Assembly: GCA_029210625.1 (NCBI GenBank)
Contig: JARGFU010000001.1
Coordinates: 6,992-69,805, forward strand
Length of the DNA: 62,814 nucleotides
Direction of reading: 5' to 3'
From: Deltaproteobacteria bacterium
GTDB lineage: Bacteria > Myxococcota > Myxococcia > SLRQ01
Made by a program: the position numbers and the translations under genes. The notes beneath the pieces were generated by a model, which worked only from the letters and a program-made list of their open reading frames with translations, made no database searches and was not told the DNA's origin. Positions 17,972 to 27,679 of the stretch are shown one piece after another; position 1 is the stretch's first letter, and each line of letters opens with the position of its first letter.

Positions 17972-19453
17972 ATGGCATCACCCCACGTCGTCGCCATCGA
18001 TCAGGGCACCACCGGCAGCACGGTGCTGGTCCTCGACAAGAAGCTCGAGGTCCGGGGCCGGGCGAACTACGAGTTCCCCCAGCACTTCCCGGGCCCCGGC
18101 CAGGTCGAGCACGACCTCGGCGAGATCTGGAAGAGCGTGCAGCAGGCCCTGAAGAAGGCCCTCGGCCAGGCCGGCGTGAAGGGCAGCGACATCGCGGCCA
18201 TCGGCATCACCAACCAGCGGGAGACCACCTGCCTCTGGCACCGCGGCACCGGCGAGCCGCTGCACCGGGCCATCGTCTGGCAGGACCGCCGCACCGCCGA
18301 GCGCTGCGGGCAGCTGCGCAAGGAGGGCCTCTCGAAGAAGGTGCAGAAGACCACCGGGCTGGTCCTCGACCCCTACTTCAGCGGCACCAAGCTCGAGTGG
18401 CTGCTGAAGAACGTGAAGGGCGCGAAGGCCGCGGCCCGCAAGGGTGACCTGGCCTTCGGCACGATCGACACCTTCCTCGTCTGGAAGCTCACCGGCGGCG
18501 CGGCGCACGTCACGGACGTCACCAACGCCTCGCGCACCCTGCTGATGAACCTCAAGCGCCGCAAGTGGGACCCGGGCATGCTCGAGCTCCTCGGCGTGCC
18601 CGAGGCCGTGCTCCCCGAGATCCGCCCCTCGGCCCAGATCTACGGGACGACCTCCGGCCTGAAGGTGCTGCCCGACGGCATCCCGGTGGCGGGCATGGCC
18701 GGCGACCAGCAGGCCGCCCTCTTCGGCCAGGCCTGCTTCGGCGAGGGCGAGGCGAAGTGCACCTACGGCACCGGCGCCTTCCTCCTGATGAACGTCGGCG
18801 AGAAGGCGGTCTACTCGAAGAACGGCCTGCTCTCCACGGTCGCCTGGGAGGTGGACGGCAAGGCCGCCTACGCCCTCGAGGGCTCGGTCTTCATCGCCGG
18901 CGCGGCGGTGCAGTGGCTGCGGGACGGCCTGAAGTTCTTCAAGTCGGCCCCCGAGATCGAGGCCCTGGCCCGCAGCGTCCCCGACGCGAACGGCGTGGTC
19001 TTCGTCCCGGCGCTCGCCGGCCTCGGCGCCCCCCACTGGCGCCCCGAGGCGCGGGGGCTCCTCTGCGGCCTCGAGCGCAGCACCACCCGCGCTCACCTGG
19101 CCCGGGCGGCCCTCGAGGGCATCGCCCTCTCGGTCCACGACCTCGCCGCCGCCATGCAGAAGGACGCGGGGGGCAAGATGCCCCGCTTCAAGGTCGACGG
19201 CGGCGCCTGCCAGAACGACCTCCTGATGCAGTTCCAGGCCGATCTGTTGAACGTGCCGGTGGTGCGCCCGGAGATGATCGAGACCACGGCGCTCGGCGCC
19301 GCCTTCCTGGCCGGCCTCTCGACCGGCGTGTGGGGCAGCACCGCTGCCATCAAGCGCGCCTGGAAGAGCGACCGCACCTTCAAGCCCGCCATGCGGGCGT
19401 CCGTGCGCGAGGCTCACCTCGCCCGGTGGCGCTCGGCGGTGGAGAGAGCATGA
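17972..19453 (+). CDS. glpK: Glycerol kinase
   Basis: FGGY kinase motifs (AIDQGTTGS, GITNQRETT, WQDRRT, FGTIDT). Length is full. Confidence 0.9.
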   Translation: MASPHVVAIDQGTTGSTVLVLDKKLEVRGRANYEFPQHFPGPGQVEHDLGEIWKSVQQALKKALGQAGVKGSDIAAIGITNQRETTCLWHRGTGEPLHRAIVWQDRRTAERCGQLRKEGLSKKVQKTTGLVLDPYFSGTKLEWLLKNVKGAKAAARKGDLAFGTIDTFLVWKLTGGAAHVTDVTNASRTLLMNLKRRKWDPGMLELLGVPEAVLPEIRPSAQIYGTTSGLKVLPDGIPVAGMAGDQQAALFGQACFGEGEAKCTYGTGAFLLMNVGEKAVYSKNGLLSTVAWEVDGKAAYALEGSVFIAGAAVQWLRDGLKFFKSAPEIEALARSVPDANGVVFVPALAGLGAPHWRPEARGLLCGLERSTTRAHLARAALEGIALSVHDLAAAMQKDAGGKMPRFKVDGGACQNDLLMQFQADLLNVPVVRPEMIETTALGAAFLAGLSTGVWGSTAAIKRAWKSDRTFKPAMRASVREAHLARWRSAVERA

Positions 19454-19761
19454 GCGACGCGAAGCAAAAAAGCCCCAAGGGCGTGCAGCTCCAGATCAAG
19501 GTCGACGAGGACGTCGCGCAGGGCATCTACGCCAACATGGCGATGGTGCACCACACCGACGCCGAGTTCACCATCGACTTCGTCTACGTGCAGCCCCAGG
19601 CCCCCCAGGCCAAGGTGCGCAGCCGGGTGGTGACCTCTCCGAGGCACCTCAAGCGGCTGATCTCGGCGCTGCAGGACAACCTCAACAAGTACGAGGCGAA
19701 GTTCGGCGAGGTGGACATGGCGGCCGCGCCACCGCCGGTGGCGAGCCCCTTCAAGCACTGA
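19450..19761 (+). CDS. DUF3467-family small protein
   Basis: ATG at 19450 overlaps the glpK stop. Contains GIYANMAMVHHTDAEFTIDF. Confidence 0.65.
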   Translation: MSDAKQKSPKGVQLQIKVDEDVAQGIYANMAMVHHTDAEFTIDFVYVQPQAPQAKVRSRVVTSPRHLKRLISALQDNLNKYEAKFGEVDMAAAPPPVASPFKH

Positions 19762-19762
19762 G

Positions 19763-19828
19763 TCGAGCTGCGAGCTGTGAGCTGTGAGCCAGGTTGCTCA
19801 TTGCTCACAGCTCATAGCTGACAGCTAC
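19763..19828. terminator. Imperfect long hairpin built on (GAGCTGT) repeats between convergent genes; candidate bidirectional terminator
   Basis: gagctgtgagctgtgagc, then a loop, then gctcacagctcatagctgacagct. Stem is at least 11 bp. The same 18-mer occurs at 3389..3406. Confidence 0.45.
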
Positions 19829-21894
19829 TAGCGGCGTCGCCGCCGGAAGAGCAGGCCGACGATCGCCAGCAGCGCGAGCTCGGCCGGAGCGCCACCGCGC
19901 CCGCTCTGCCCGCAGAAGCAACCGAAGGTGCCGTCCTCCTCGCCGCTGCCGCCGCCGCCACCGTCGGAGGTGGTGCCGCCGTCGCTCACGCCGCCGTCGA
20001 AGCCGCCGCCGCCGTCGGGCAGGCCACCACCGTCGGTGACCCCGCCGTCGGTCGCGCCGCCGTCGCAGGCGTCGCCGACGCCGTTCAGGTTCGAGTCGGC
20101 CTGGGAGGGGTTCGCGACCAGCGGGCAGTTGTCCATGCCGTCGGAGACGCCGTCGGAGTCGGTGTCCACCCAGCAGATGCCCCGGGCGTCCACGCAGCAG
20201 CCCTTGCTGCTGTCACAGCTGGCGGCCGCCGCGCAGGTGACGCCAGCGCAGGGATCCACGCCCGGGACGCAGGCGCAGTTGGTGCCGCCGGTGCAGGCGT
20301 TGCCGGTGCCCAGGTCCAGGCAGGCCGCGCCGCTGCACTCCGCCGAGGTCAGGCAGGAGCAGGAGCACCAGACGGAGGTGCCGTCGTTGATGCAGACGTC
20401 GTTGTCGGCCGTGCAGGCCGCGCCGTTGTTGGAGCAGTCGTTGCCCAGGCCGTTGCAGGTCGCGGCCTCGCAGAGGCCGCTCTGCGGGTTGCAGCTCTGG
20501 CCGGCCGGGCAGGTCACGTTGTCGCAGGGGCCGGGCTGGGTGGTGTTGGTGACGCAGGCGCAGTTGCCTCCGCCGGCGCAGGCGGCCCCGGTGTTCAGAT
20601 CGAGGCAGCTCCCGTTGGCGCCGCAGACGAGGTCGTCGGCGCAGCGGCAGGAGCAGTAGACCGAGGTGCCGGTGTCCAGGCAGAGGTCGTTGTCGACGGT
20701 GCAGAGGGCGCCGTTGTTCGCGCAGTCGTTGCCCAGGCCGTCGCAGCTCGCCGCCTCGCACTGGGAGGTGGCGGGGTTGCAGGACTCGCCCGGGTTGCAG
20801 ACCACGCCCGCGCAGGGATCGTCGCAGACGTAGGAGGCCGGGCAGGGGCCGTTGGTGCCCGCGTCGTCGTTGAGGCAGAGGTAGAAGGTCTGGCCCTGGG
20901 TGTCGGGCACCTCGAAGCAGGTGCTGTTGCCGGGGCAGGAGGTCTGGCCGCAGGTCTGGGTGCAGACGCCGCCGGCGCCGAAGCTCACGCACATCCCGGA
21001 GGCGCCGCAGTCGATGTTCTCGGTGCAGGTCTCGCAGATCAGGCAGGTGGCCGAGCGCTGGCAGATGTTCCCCACGCAGGTGTAGCCCGCGGTGCAGTCG
21101 GCGTCGCTGCTGCAGGGCGGCGGGACGCAGTCACCGGTGGTGGTGTTGCAGATGAGGGGCGCCTCGCAGTCGGTGTTGTCGAGGCAGGGCGCGGGCACGC
21201 ACTGGCTGTTCTGGCAGACCTCGTCCGGTGCGCAGTCGGCGGCCGTCGAGCAGTTGCAGCTACCCGGGTAGAGGTAGCAGACCCCCGCCTCGTCGTCCTG
21301 GTGCAGGTCCCGCTCGACGATCCCGCCGCTGTAGGAGGGGTACATCGTCACGCCGTTGATCATCGAGTGATCGAGGCCCAGGAAGTGCCCCATCTCGTGG
21401 ACCGCGATGCTCATCAGGTCGGCCTGCCCCCAGTTGGAGGGCGCGCCGTTCACGAAGGTGAAGCCCACCCCGTTGAAGACGATGTCAGCGCTGCTGATGG
21501 TGCAGTTGTTGGTGTAGGCGGCGATGGGCGTGACGCCGATCGTCGAGTTCACGTCCCCCAGGGAGGAGGGCCAGCCGGACTCGATGAAGCCCAGGGTCCA
21601 GGTCGAGTCGCTGCTGTTCTCGGGGCGGGCCGTCGTCGTGCCCTGGTAGGTCACGGCGAAGTCGGAGCAGCAGGGCGACGACCAGACCTGCCAGGAGGAC
21701 TGGAAGACGCTGAGCACCGTGCTCTGGCTCAGCTGTGAGTAGCCGCTGCTGTTGAGGTGCCAGGGCACCGGCCGCTGGCTGGCGGTCCAGCGGGCGCCAC
21801 CGCAGCTGTTGAACATCGTGTTGTAGGCGAGCGCCGGGCGGGCGAGTCCGAGGGCCGCGGCGAGGACGAGGAGCGTGGTCAGCCGCTTCATCAC
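19828..21894 (-). CDS. Secreted zinc metalloprotease (metzincin HExxHxxGxxH) with multiple Cys-rich repeats and a MYXO-CTERM tail
   Basis: Signal peptide. Zinc site HEMGHFLGLDHS. Many CxxxxC repeats. Terminal GCFCGQSGRGGAPAELALLAIVGLLFRRRRR. The ATG start is probably at 21892. Confidence 0.8.
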   Translation of the reverse strand: MMKRLTTLLVLAAALGLARPALAYNTMFNSCGGARWTASQRPVPWHLNSSGYSQLSQSTVLSVFQSSWQVWSSPCCSDFAVTYQGTTTARPENSSDSTWTLGFIESGWPSSLGDVNSTIGVTPIAAYTNNCTISSADIVFNGVGFTFVNGAPSNWGQADLMSIAVHEMGHFLGLDHSMINGVTMYPSYSGGIVERDLHQDDEAGVCYLYPGSCNCSTAADCAPDEVCQNSQCVPAPCLDNTDCEAPLICNTTTGDCVPPPCSSDADCTAGYTCVGNICQRSATCLICETCTENIDCGASGMCVSFGAGGVCTQTCGQTSCPGNSTCFEVPDTQGQTFYLCLNDDAGTNGPCPASYVCDDPCAGVVCNPGESCNPATSQCEAASCDGLGNDCANNGALCTVDNDLCLDTGTSVYCSCRCADDLVCGANGSCLDLNTGAACAGGGNCACVTNTTQPGPCDNVTCPAGQSCNPQSGLCEAATCNGLGNDCSNNGAACTADNDVCINDGTSVWCSCSCLTSAECSGAACLDLGTGNACTGGTNCACVPGVDPCAGVTCAAAASCDSSKGCCVDARGICWVDTDSDGVSDGMDNCPLVANPSQADSNLNGVGDACDGGATDGGVTDGGGLPDGGGGFDGGVSDGGTTSDGGGGGSGEEDGTFGCFCGQSGRGGAPAELALLAIVGLLFRRRRR

Positions 21895-22466
21895 TCGACC
21901 TCGGCCTGCACCTTGCCCTGCACGGCCGCCTCGAGCGCGCCGAGGGTCGTGGTGGGCTCGGGGCGCACGGCGCGGTGGGCGCCGTCGAGGAGCAGCAGCC
22001 CCTCCTGGCTGCGGTGCAGGAGGAGGTCACCGTCGGCGGCGGTGCCGACCACGGCGAGCTTCGACTGGGCGAGGGCCGTCAGGAAGACAACGCCCTTGCC
22101 GGGCTCGCGGTCGGCCAGGAAGACCACCACCCGCTCGCCGTCCTCGAAGGCGGCGTCGCCGGGGATCTTCAGGGTCTTGCCGTCCAAGGTGCCGCCCATC
22201 TGGCGGATGACGACCCGCTCCCCCTTCTTCTTCGCCCCCTTCAGGGCCCGCTCCACCACCAGGGTGGTGTGGGTGTAGGGCCGGCCGCCCTCGCCCCGAA
22301 CGACCTCCTGCGACTGCACCTTGGCCAGCACGACCAGGTCGCTCTTCTCGGCCTGGGCGGCGTCATCGAGGTGGAGCGCCACGGTGGCCCGGGCGGGCGT
22401 TGCGAGGGAGGCGAGACCACAGAGCGCGGTCCCGAGGAGAGCGAGGAACAGGCGTCGGGAAGTCAT
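21891..22466 (-). CDS. Secreted hypothetical protein (191 aa) overlapping the downstream metzincin start (TGATG junction)
   Basis: Internal ATG at 22464-22466 gives signal peptide MTSRRLFLALLGTALCGLASLATPARA. The ORF sequence upstream of this ATG reads as noise. Confidence 0.6.
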   Translation of the reverse strand: MTSRRLFLALLGTALCGLASLATPARATVALHLDDAAQAEKSDLVVLAKVQSQEVVRGEGGRPYTHTTLVVERALKGAKKKGERVVIRQMGGTLDGKTLKIPGDAAFEDGERVVVFLADREPGKGVVFLTALAQSKLAVVGTAADGDLLLHRSQEGLLLLDGAHRAVRPEPTTTLGALEAAVQGKVQAEVE

Positions 22467-22587
22467 CCGGGGATTGTATCGCGTGCGGACCGGCTCCGGG
22501 TCCAGGGGTCCGGCGGGCGGGCCGGGCCTTACCTTCCGGCGCCCCGGATCTTCACCCTGAGCCCGGTTTTTCAGGGTCCTGGCGATC

Positions 22588-22603
22588 TGGCACCCGCCTT
22601 GCT
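22588..22603 (+). promoter_or_regulatory. Canonical sigma-54 (-24/-12) promoter TGGCAC-N5-TTGCT
   Basis: ctGGCACccgccTTGCTc, about 65 nt upstream of the ATG at 22670. Confidence 0.5.
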
Positions 22604-22669
22604 CTGGCCCACGTCCGCCGCGACGGCTCGCGGCGATGACCACCCACCCCAAGACGAAAGGAGAAGCTC

Positions 22670-22855
22670 ATGTCCCAGCCGCAGCTCGAGGTCTGGTCCA
22701 TCCGGGACGCGGAGGGCGAGCGCAAGGCCTACTGGAAGCACGTCGGCCGCGCCTTCCTGAACCGTGACGGCAGCATCAACGTGCTGCTCGACGCCCTGCC
22801 TCTCGGAGCGAAGCTCCAGATCCGCGAGGCCAAGAACCCCGAGAAGGCGGACTAG
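22670..22855 (+). CDS. Small hypothetical protein (61 aa)
   Basis: AAAGGAGAAG ribosome-binding site. GC3-rich. Located downstream of the sigma-54 promoter. Confidence 0.5.
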   Translation: MSQPQLEVWSIRDAEGERKAYWKHVGRAFLNRDGSINVLLDALPLGAKLQIREAKNPEKAD

Positions 22856-22895
22856 GAGTCCGCCCCCTCGAACCCCCGAACGAAAGGAACGATCC

Positions 22896-23255
22896 ATGAT
22901 CCGAAGCATCCGCCTCCTCCACGCCTCCCTCCTCGCCCTCGTCCTCGGCGTCGGCCTGGCCCTCACCCTGCCCGCCACCGCGGCGCCGTCCGCCGGCCAG
23001 AGCGCCGTGCAGACCACCAAGGCCAAGCCGGTCCTCACCGGCAAGATCAACCTCAACACCGCCTCCGAGGCCGAGCTGCAGCTGCTGCCCGGCATCGGGC
23101 CGGCGAAGGCCAAGCGCATCGTCGGGGTCCGCACCGTGAAGCCCTACGGCCGGCCGGCCGATCTGGTGAAGGTGAAGGGGATCGGCCCGAAGACGGTGCA
23201 GAAGCTGATGCCCTACCTCGCCGTCAGCGGCCCGAGCACCCTGAAGCGCGACTAG
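22896..23255 (+). CDS. ComEA-like helix-hairpin-helix DNA-binding protein, secreted
   Basis: Signal peptide. Contains [26 protein letters not shown] and a second HhH motif [12 protein letters not shown]. Confidence 0.75.
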   Translation: MIRSIRLLHASLLALVLGVGLALTLPATAAPSAGQSAVQTTKAKPVLTGKINLNTASEAELQLLPGIGPAKAKRIVGVRTVKPYGRPADLVKVKGIGPKTVQKLMPYLAVSGPSTLKRD

Positions 23256-23262
23256 GCAGGTC

Positions 23263-23306
23263 CTGAACCCCTGGACCGGAGCGGGGTGCTCTCCCCCCGT
23301 TGCCCC
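23263..23306 (+). terminator. 14-bp perfect-stem hairpin downstream of the ComEA-like gene
   Basis: ggaccggagcgggg-tgctctccccccgtt-gccccgctccggtcc. Confidence 0.45.
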
Positions 23307-23319
23307 GCTCCGGTCCTTG

Positions 23320-23575
23320 CTGTAGGTAGCGCCCAACCGAATAGAACCGATGGTCGCGTACCCGCTCCTCCCGAGACGAGGAGGGGGACGCCGCCAGGCT
23401 CGATGCTGGGGCCTGGTGAGGGAAGCCGGTCGAACGCCGGCGCGGTCCCGCCACTGTAGCCCTCTGATACCCGCTCCATTCGAGCCACTCGTGTCCTTGC
23501 ACGCGGGGAAGGCGGAGCGGGCGCTTCATCCGGAGGGGAGCCAGGAGACCTGATCCTCGGTCAGCCACGCAGCAC
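23320..23575 (+). ncRNA. Cobalamin (AdoCbl) riboswitch
   Basis: Conserved core GGGAAGCCGGTcgaAcgCCGGCGCGGTCCCGCCACTGTAgcc. B12-box-like GAGCCAGGAGACCTG at 23538..23552. Sits in the leader of a TonB-dependent receptor. Confidence 0.8.
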
Positions 23576-23592
23576 TCTTCGACGGAAAGAGG

Positions 23593-25599
23593 TTGGCTCC
23601 CTTGTCTGTACCCCGCCAACCTGCGCTCCTTCCCGGACGCAGGTCTTTTTGTTCGCCCTCCCGAGCCCGGCCCCACGCCGGCGCGCTCGGCGTCGCGCTC
23701 GCCCTGCTCGGCCTCCTGCCGGCCGGGCTGCGGGCCCAGGAGGACGACGCGCCGGTGGTGGACGAGGTGCCCGAGACCGTGGTGCGCGCCCGCGCGCCGG
23801 GCGAGGCCGAGGCGAAGGCCCCCACCGCGGCGCACTACGCGGTCTCCCTGCGCGAGCGCAGCGAGGTCGACGCCGATCTCGGCGCGGCCCTCGAGGGGCT
23901 GCCGCCGGTGGGGCTGCACCGCTACGGCGGGGGGCTGACCACCTTCTCCCTGCGCGGCAGCGCCTCGCACCAGACCCGGGTCGAGATCGGGGGCGTCCCC
24001 CTCACCCCCCTCGGCGGCGGCTCGGTGGATCTCTCGGGCCTCGACCCCGCCCTCTTCTCCCGGGCCGAGGTGATCGCCGGCCCCCAGGGCGCCGCCTTCG
24101 GCACCGGCGCCCTCGGCGGCGTGCTCTCCCTCTCGCCCTGGCCCGAGGCCCGGGGCGGGCCCCGCACCGAGCTCGAGCTGAAGACCGGCAACCACCACCG
24201 CGCCTCCCTCGCCCTGCGCCAGGCCCTCGGCGAGGGCGGGCGCCTTGCGCTCACCGCCGGGCACGAGGGGGGCGACTTCCTCTTCGAGCGCGATCTCACG
24301 CCCAACCTCCCGGACGATCCCTGGATCACCGAGCGCCGCGTCAACAACGCCCGCCGGGAGGGGAGCGTGCTGCTCACCGCGCGGCGGCGGCTGGCGGGCG
24401 GCAAGGCCCAGCTCATCGCCCTGGGGACGCAGCGCCGGCTCGAGCTGCCCGGGCCGGTGGGCTTCCCCACCCCGGGCGCGGGGGCCGAGAGCCGCCGGGC
24501 GCTCCTGGGCGCCTTCTTCGAGGGGCGCTCGCGGGGCGCGGGGAGCCTGCGGCCGAGGGTGCGGCTCCACGTTCGCCAGGAGCACCTCGAGCTCTGGCCG
24601 GGCTCGACGCCCCTGCCGGGCGCCGCCGCCCCCCAGCGCTCCGAGCTGCGCGAGGGCGGCGCGCTCACCGAGGCCGAGCTGCTCCTCGGCGCGCACCTCC
24701 TCACCCTGGGGGGCGCCCTCGAGGGCAGCCAGCTCGCCGGTGAGCTGCGGGCCGGGCGGGTGGTCGGCGCGCTCCACCTGCGCGATCGCGTCTACCTCCT
24801 CGAGGGCCGCCTCCTCCTCTCGGGCGCGGCGCGGCTGGACCTCCCCGGCGATCAGCCCCTCCAGCCCTCCGCAGCCCTGGGGGTCACCTGGACGCTCCAC
24901 GAGTCCCTCGAGCTCCAGGCCAACCTCGGGCGCAGCGTGCGGCTCCCGACCCTGACCGAGCTGCACCGCGAGGGCCCGCTGACCGCCGCCAACCCCGGGC
25001 TCGTGCCCGAGTCGGCCGTCGCCGGGGACCTGGGCCTGCGGCTCTCGCTCTTCCGCCGGCGAGTGGAGCTCGGGCTCTCGGGCTTCCTCTCCCGCTACGC
25101 CGACCTGATCACCTACGAGCTCTACCCGCCGCTCAAGATGCGCGCGACCAACCTGCGCGCCGCCCTCGTCGCCGGCGTGGAGAGCCGCCTGGTGCTCGCC
25201 CCGGGGGGCGGCTTCTCGGCCGAGCTCTCCCACGCCCTCACCCACTCCCGGGTGCTGGGCGACGATCCCAACGAGCGCGGCAAGCCCCTGCCCTACCGCC
25301 CGGCGCAGAGGGGCCACCTGCGCCTCGCCCTCGAGCGCGGCCCCCTCACCGGCCACCTCGGGGTCGAGGCCCGCAGCCAGCTGCGCCGCAACCGGGCCGG
25401 CACCAAGACCCTCCCGGCGCGGGCGCTCCTCTCGGCCGGCCTGCGCGGCCGCCTGGGTCCCGGCTGCTCCCTCGCCCTCCAGCTCGACAACCTCCTCGAC
25501 GACCGCCGGCAGGAAGACGTCCACGGCTACCCCCTGCCCGGCCGCACCCTCCTCACCTCTCTGCGTTGCGCCTTCGGCGCGAAAGGAAACGATCGATGA
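23593..25599 (+). CDS. TonB-dependent outer-membrane receptor (BtuB-like, riboswitch-controlled)
   Basis: Signal peptide. TonB-box region and plug domain are present (RYGGGLTTFSLRGSASHQTRVEIGGVPL). Long beta-barrel region. No ATG in the leader; start is probably TTG at 23593 or 23602. Confidence 0.8.
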   Translation: MAPLSVPRQPALLPGRRSFCSPSRARPHAGALGVALALLGLLPAGLRAQEDDAPVVDEVPETVVRARAPGEAEAKAPTAAHYAVSLRERSEVDADLGAALEGLPPVGLHRYGGGLTTFSLRGSASHQTRVEIGGVPLTPLGGGSVDLSGLDPALFSRAEVIAGPQGAAFGTGALGGVLSLSPWPEARGGPRTELELKTGNHHRASLALRQALGEGGRLALTAGHEGGDFLFERDLTPNLPDDPWITERRVNNARREGSVLLTARRRLAGGKAQLIALGTQRRLELPGPVGFPTPGAGAESRRALLGAFFEGRSRGAGSLRPRVRLHVRQEHLELWPGSTPLPGAAAPQRSELREGGALTEAELLLGAHLLTLGGALEGSQLAGELRAGRVVGALHLRDRVYLLEGRLLLSGAARLDLPGDQPLQPSAALGVTWTLHESLELQANLGRSVRLPTLTELHREGPLTAANPGLVPESAVAGDLGLRLSLFRRRVELGLSGFLSRYADLITYELYPPLKMRATNLRAALVAGVESRLVLAPGGGFSAELSHALTHSRVLGDDPNERGKPLPYRPAQRGHLRLALERGPLTGHLGVEARSQLRRNRAGTKTLPARALLSAGLRGRLGPGCSLALQLDNLLDDRRQEDVHGYPLPGRTLLTSLRCAFGAKGNDR

Positions 25600-26768
25600 T
25601 CTTCAGGCTCTCCCGGACCTCCGGGCTCCTCCTCCTCCCCCTCCTCCTCCCCCTCCTCCTCTCCCTCGCCTGCGGCGAGCCCACCGACGGCGGAGACGAC
25701 GGCGGCGGCACCGACGGGGGCGGCGGCGCGCCGGCCTTCGCCGTCGATCGCACCCTCTCGCTGGGCAGCTGCCTCAACGCGGGCGCGGTGACCGTCGAGG
25801 GCGGCAAGGCCTACGTGGCCTGCGGCGGGGACTTCACCGGCAACGGCGAGGTGGCCGTGGTCGATCTCGCCACCTGGACCATCGAGCAGCACATCGCCGT
25901 GGGCGGCGCGCCCGGCTCGATCACCGTCTCCGGTGACCGGATCTACCTCGGTGACATGCTCGACGGCCGGGTGCTGGTGGCCGGCACCGACGGCAGCGTC
26001 ATCCACGGCGCCGCCGACGCCGTGGTGATCTGCCCCTCGGACTTCGTCAACAACGTCTTCCAGTTCGTCCCCGACGTGGTGAAGATCGGAGACGTGCTCT
26101 ACGCCAGCTGCTTCGCCACCGACGAGGTGATCGCCTTCCAGCCCTCTGCCGGTGCGGATCCCGGCGACGGAACCCTCAACGCGACGATCCTCGGCCGGGT
26201 GACGGCCGGCGACGGCATCTCGGCCCTCGAGCCCTGGCACGCCAACGACCTGGTCGGCCTCGAGAACCTCTCCGGCGCGGCCTCCCACATCGGCACCGAT
26301 CCCCTCGGCGCCTCCACCAACTACTGGACCTGCGGCGATGTCCCCAACGATCTGAGGATCGAGGACGGCCTGGCCCACGTGGTGAACTCCGGCTCGAACA
26401 CCCTCCAGGTGATCGACCTCTCCGCCGTCTCCACCACCGCCGAGGTGCACCTGGGCGACGGCGCCAGCCCCTGGTCCCTGGCCCTCCTCGCCGACGGCCG
26501 CACCGCGGTCACCCTCCAGGGCACCGACGAGGTCGCCATCGTCGACACCGACCCCGCGACCCCGGCGAGCGAGGCGGTGCAGCAGACCGTGGCGATGCCC
26601 TCCGGCGCCGCGCTCGAGCCCTTCACCGGCATGACGCCCCTGGCCCACCCGCAGGGCATCGCGGTCACCGGCGCCGATCGCCTGGTGGTCTCGCTGACCA
26701 ACTTCGACGCGAACTTCGCCATCGCCGCGCCCGGGATGCTGGTCGAGCTGGTGGAGAGCACCCCCTGA
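25596..26768 (+). CDS. Surface/periplasmic lipoprotein, predicted beta-propeller (YVTN/NHL-like repeats)
   Basis: ATG at 25596 (ATGA overlap with the upstream receptor gene). AAAGGAAAC ribosome-binding site. Lipobox LLSLACG. Repeated G..V.V.D blade-like segments. Confidence 0.65.
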   Translation: MIFRLSRTSGLLLLPLLLPLLLSLACGEPTDGGDDGGGTDGGGGAPAFAVDRTLSLGSCLNAGAVTVEGGKAYVACGGDFTGNGEVAVVDLATWTIEQHIAVGGAPGSITVSGDRIYLGDMLDGRVLVAGTDGSVIHGAADAVVICPSDFVNNVFQFVPDVVKIGDVLYASCFATDEVIAFQPSAGADPGDGTLNATILGRVTAGDGISALEPWHANDLVGLENLSGAASHIGTDPLGASTNYWTCGDVPNDLRIEDGLAHVVNSGSNTLQVIDLSAVSTTAEVHLGDGASPWSLALLADGRTAVTLQGTDEVAIVDTDPATPASEAVQQTVAMPSGAALEPFTGMTPLAHPQGIAVTGADRLVVSLTNFDANFAIAAPGMLVELVESTP

Positions 26769-26938
26769 AGGATCGACGCGCCAGCCGGCGAGGGCCCCTG
26801 CGGGCCCTGCTGATCCTGACCCTCGCCGCGGGCCTCGCGCCCGCGGCCGGGGCCGCGCCGCGGGAGCCCTCCCGCCTGGGGCCGCCCCCCCCCGAGGTCC
26901 CGCACCGGATCGTCACCATCGCCCCGAGCCTCACCGAG

Positions 26939-27679
26939 GTGCTCATCGCCCTGGGCGCGGCCGATCGCATCGTGGGGGTGAGCCGCTACGACGAGTTCCC
27001 CGAGGTGGCGAAGGTCACCCGCATCGGCGGCTACGTGGACCCGGACCTCGAGACCATCCTCGGGCTGCGGCCCGATCTGGTGGTCGCCGAGCCGAGCCCG
27101 GGCAACGAGCGGGTGGTGCGCAAGCTCGCCTCCCTGGGGATCCCGGTCCGGGTGGTCCACGGGGCCTCGCTGGCCGAGCTGCGGCTGCAGGTCGAGGCCC
27201 TGGCCCGGGACCTGGGCCGCCCCGAGGCGGGCGTCCGCCTCCTCGAGACCCTGGAGGAGCGCCGGCTGCGGGTTCAGCTGGCCCTGGCCGGCGCCGCGCC
27301 CCGCCGCGCGCTGCTGGTGGTGGGGCACGAGCCCCTGGTGGTGGCCGCCCCCGGCTCGCTGGCCCACGAGCTCCTCGAGCTCTCGGGCGCGACGAACGTC
27401 GTCCCCCCGAGCGCCTCGCCCTATCCGGTCTACGCCCTCGAGGCCGCCATCGCCGCCGAGCCGGAGGTGGTCCTCGACTTCTCGGGCCGCCCCCTCTCCG
27501 AGCGCCCCGCCTCCCTCGCCACCCTCGGCGCGGTGAAGGCCGGGCGCTGGGTGCAGCTGGCCGACACCTCGCTCCTGCGGCCCGGGCCGGAGGTGATGCA
27601 CGCGGTCGAGGTGATGGCCCGCCGCCTCCACCCCGGCCGCTTCCCCCGGCCGCGCGCCCCGGAGGGCGAGCAGCCTTGA
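26939..27679 (+). CDS. Periplasmic substrate-binding protein of an ABC importer, BtuF/FhuD class; true start upstream at about 26771
   Basis: PBP class-III motifs (RIVTIAPSLTEVLIALGAADRIVGV). In the same frame upstream there is a Tat-like signal (RRASRRGPLRALLILTLAAGLAPAAG) with no ATG/GTG; CTG at 26765 is possible. Confidence 0.7.
   Translation: MLIALGAADRIVGVSRYDEFPEVAKVTRIGGYVDPDLETILGLRPDLVVAEPSPGNERVVRKLASLGIPVRVVHGASLAELRLQVEALARDLGRPEAGVRLLETLEERRLRVQLALAGAAPRRALLVVGHEPLVVAAPGSLAHELLELSGATNVVPPSASPYPVYALEAAIAAEPEVVLDFSGRPLSERPASLATLGAVKAGRWVQLADTSLLRPGPEVMHAVEVMARRLHPGRFPRPRAPEGEQP

Noticed and set aside
23224-25524. 766-aa ORF on - strand and the 23649..24743 + ORF
   Set aside because: Overlap the TonB-dependent receptor gene in other frames. 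No recognisable motifs, and extreme Arg/Gly/Pro content.
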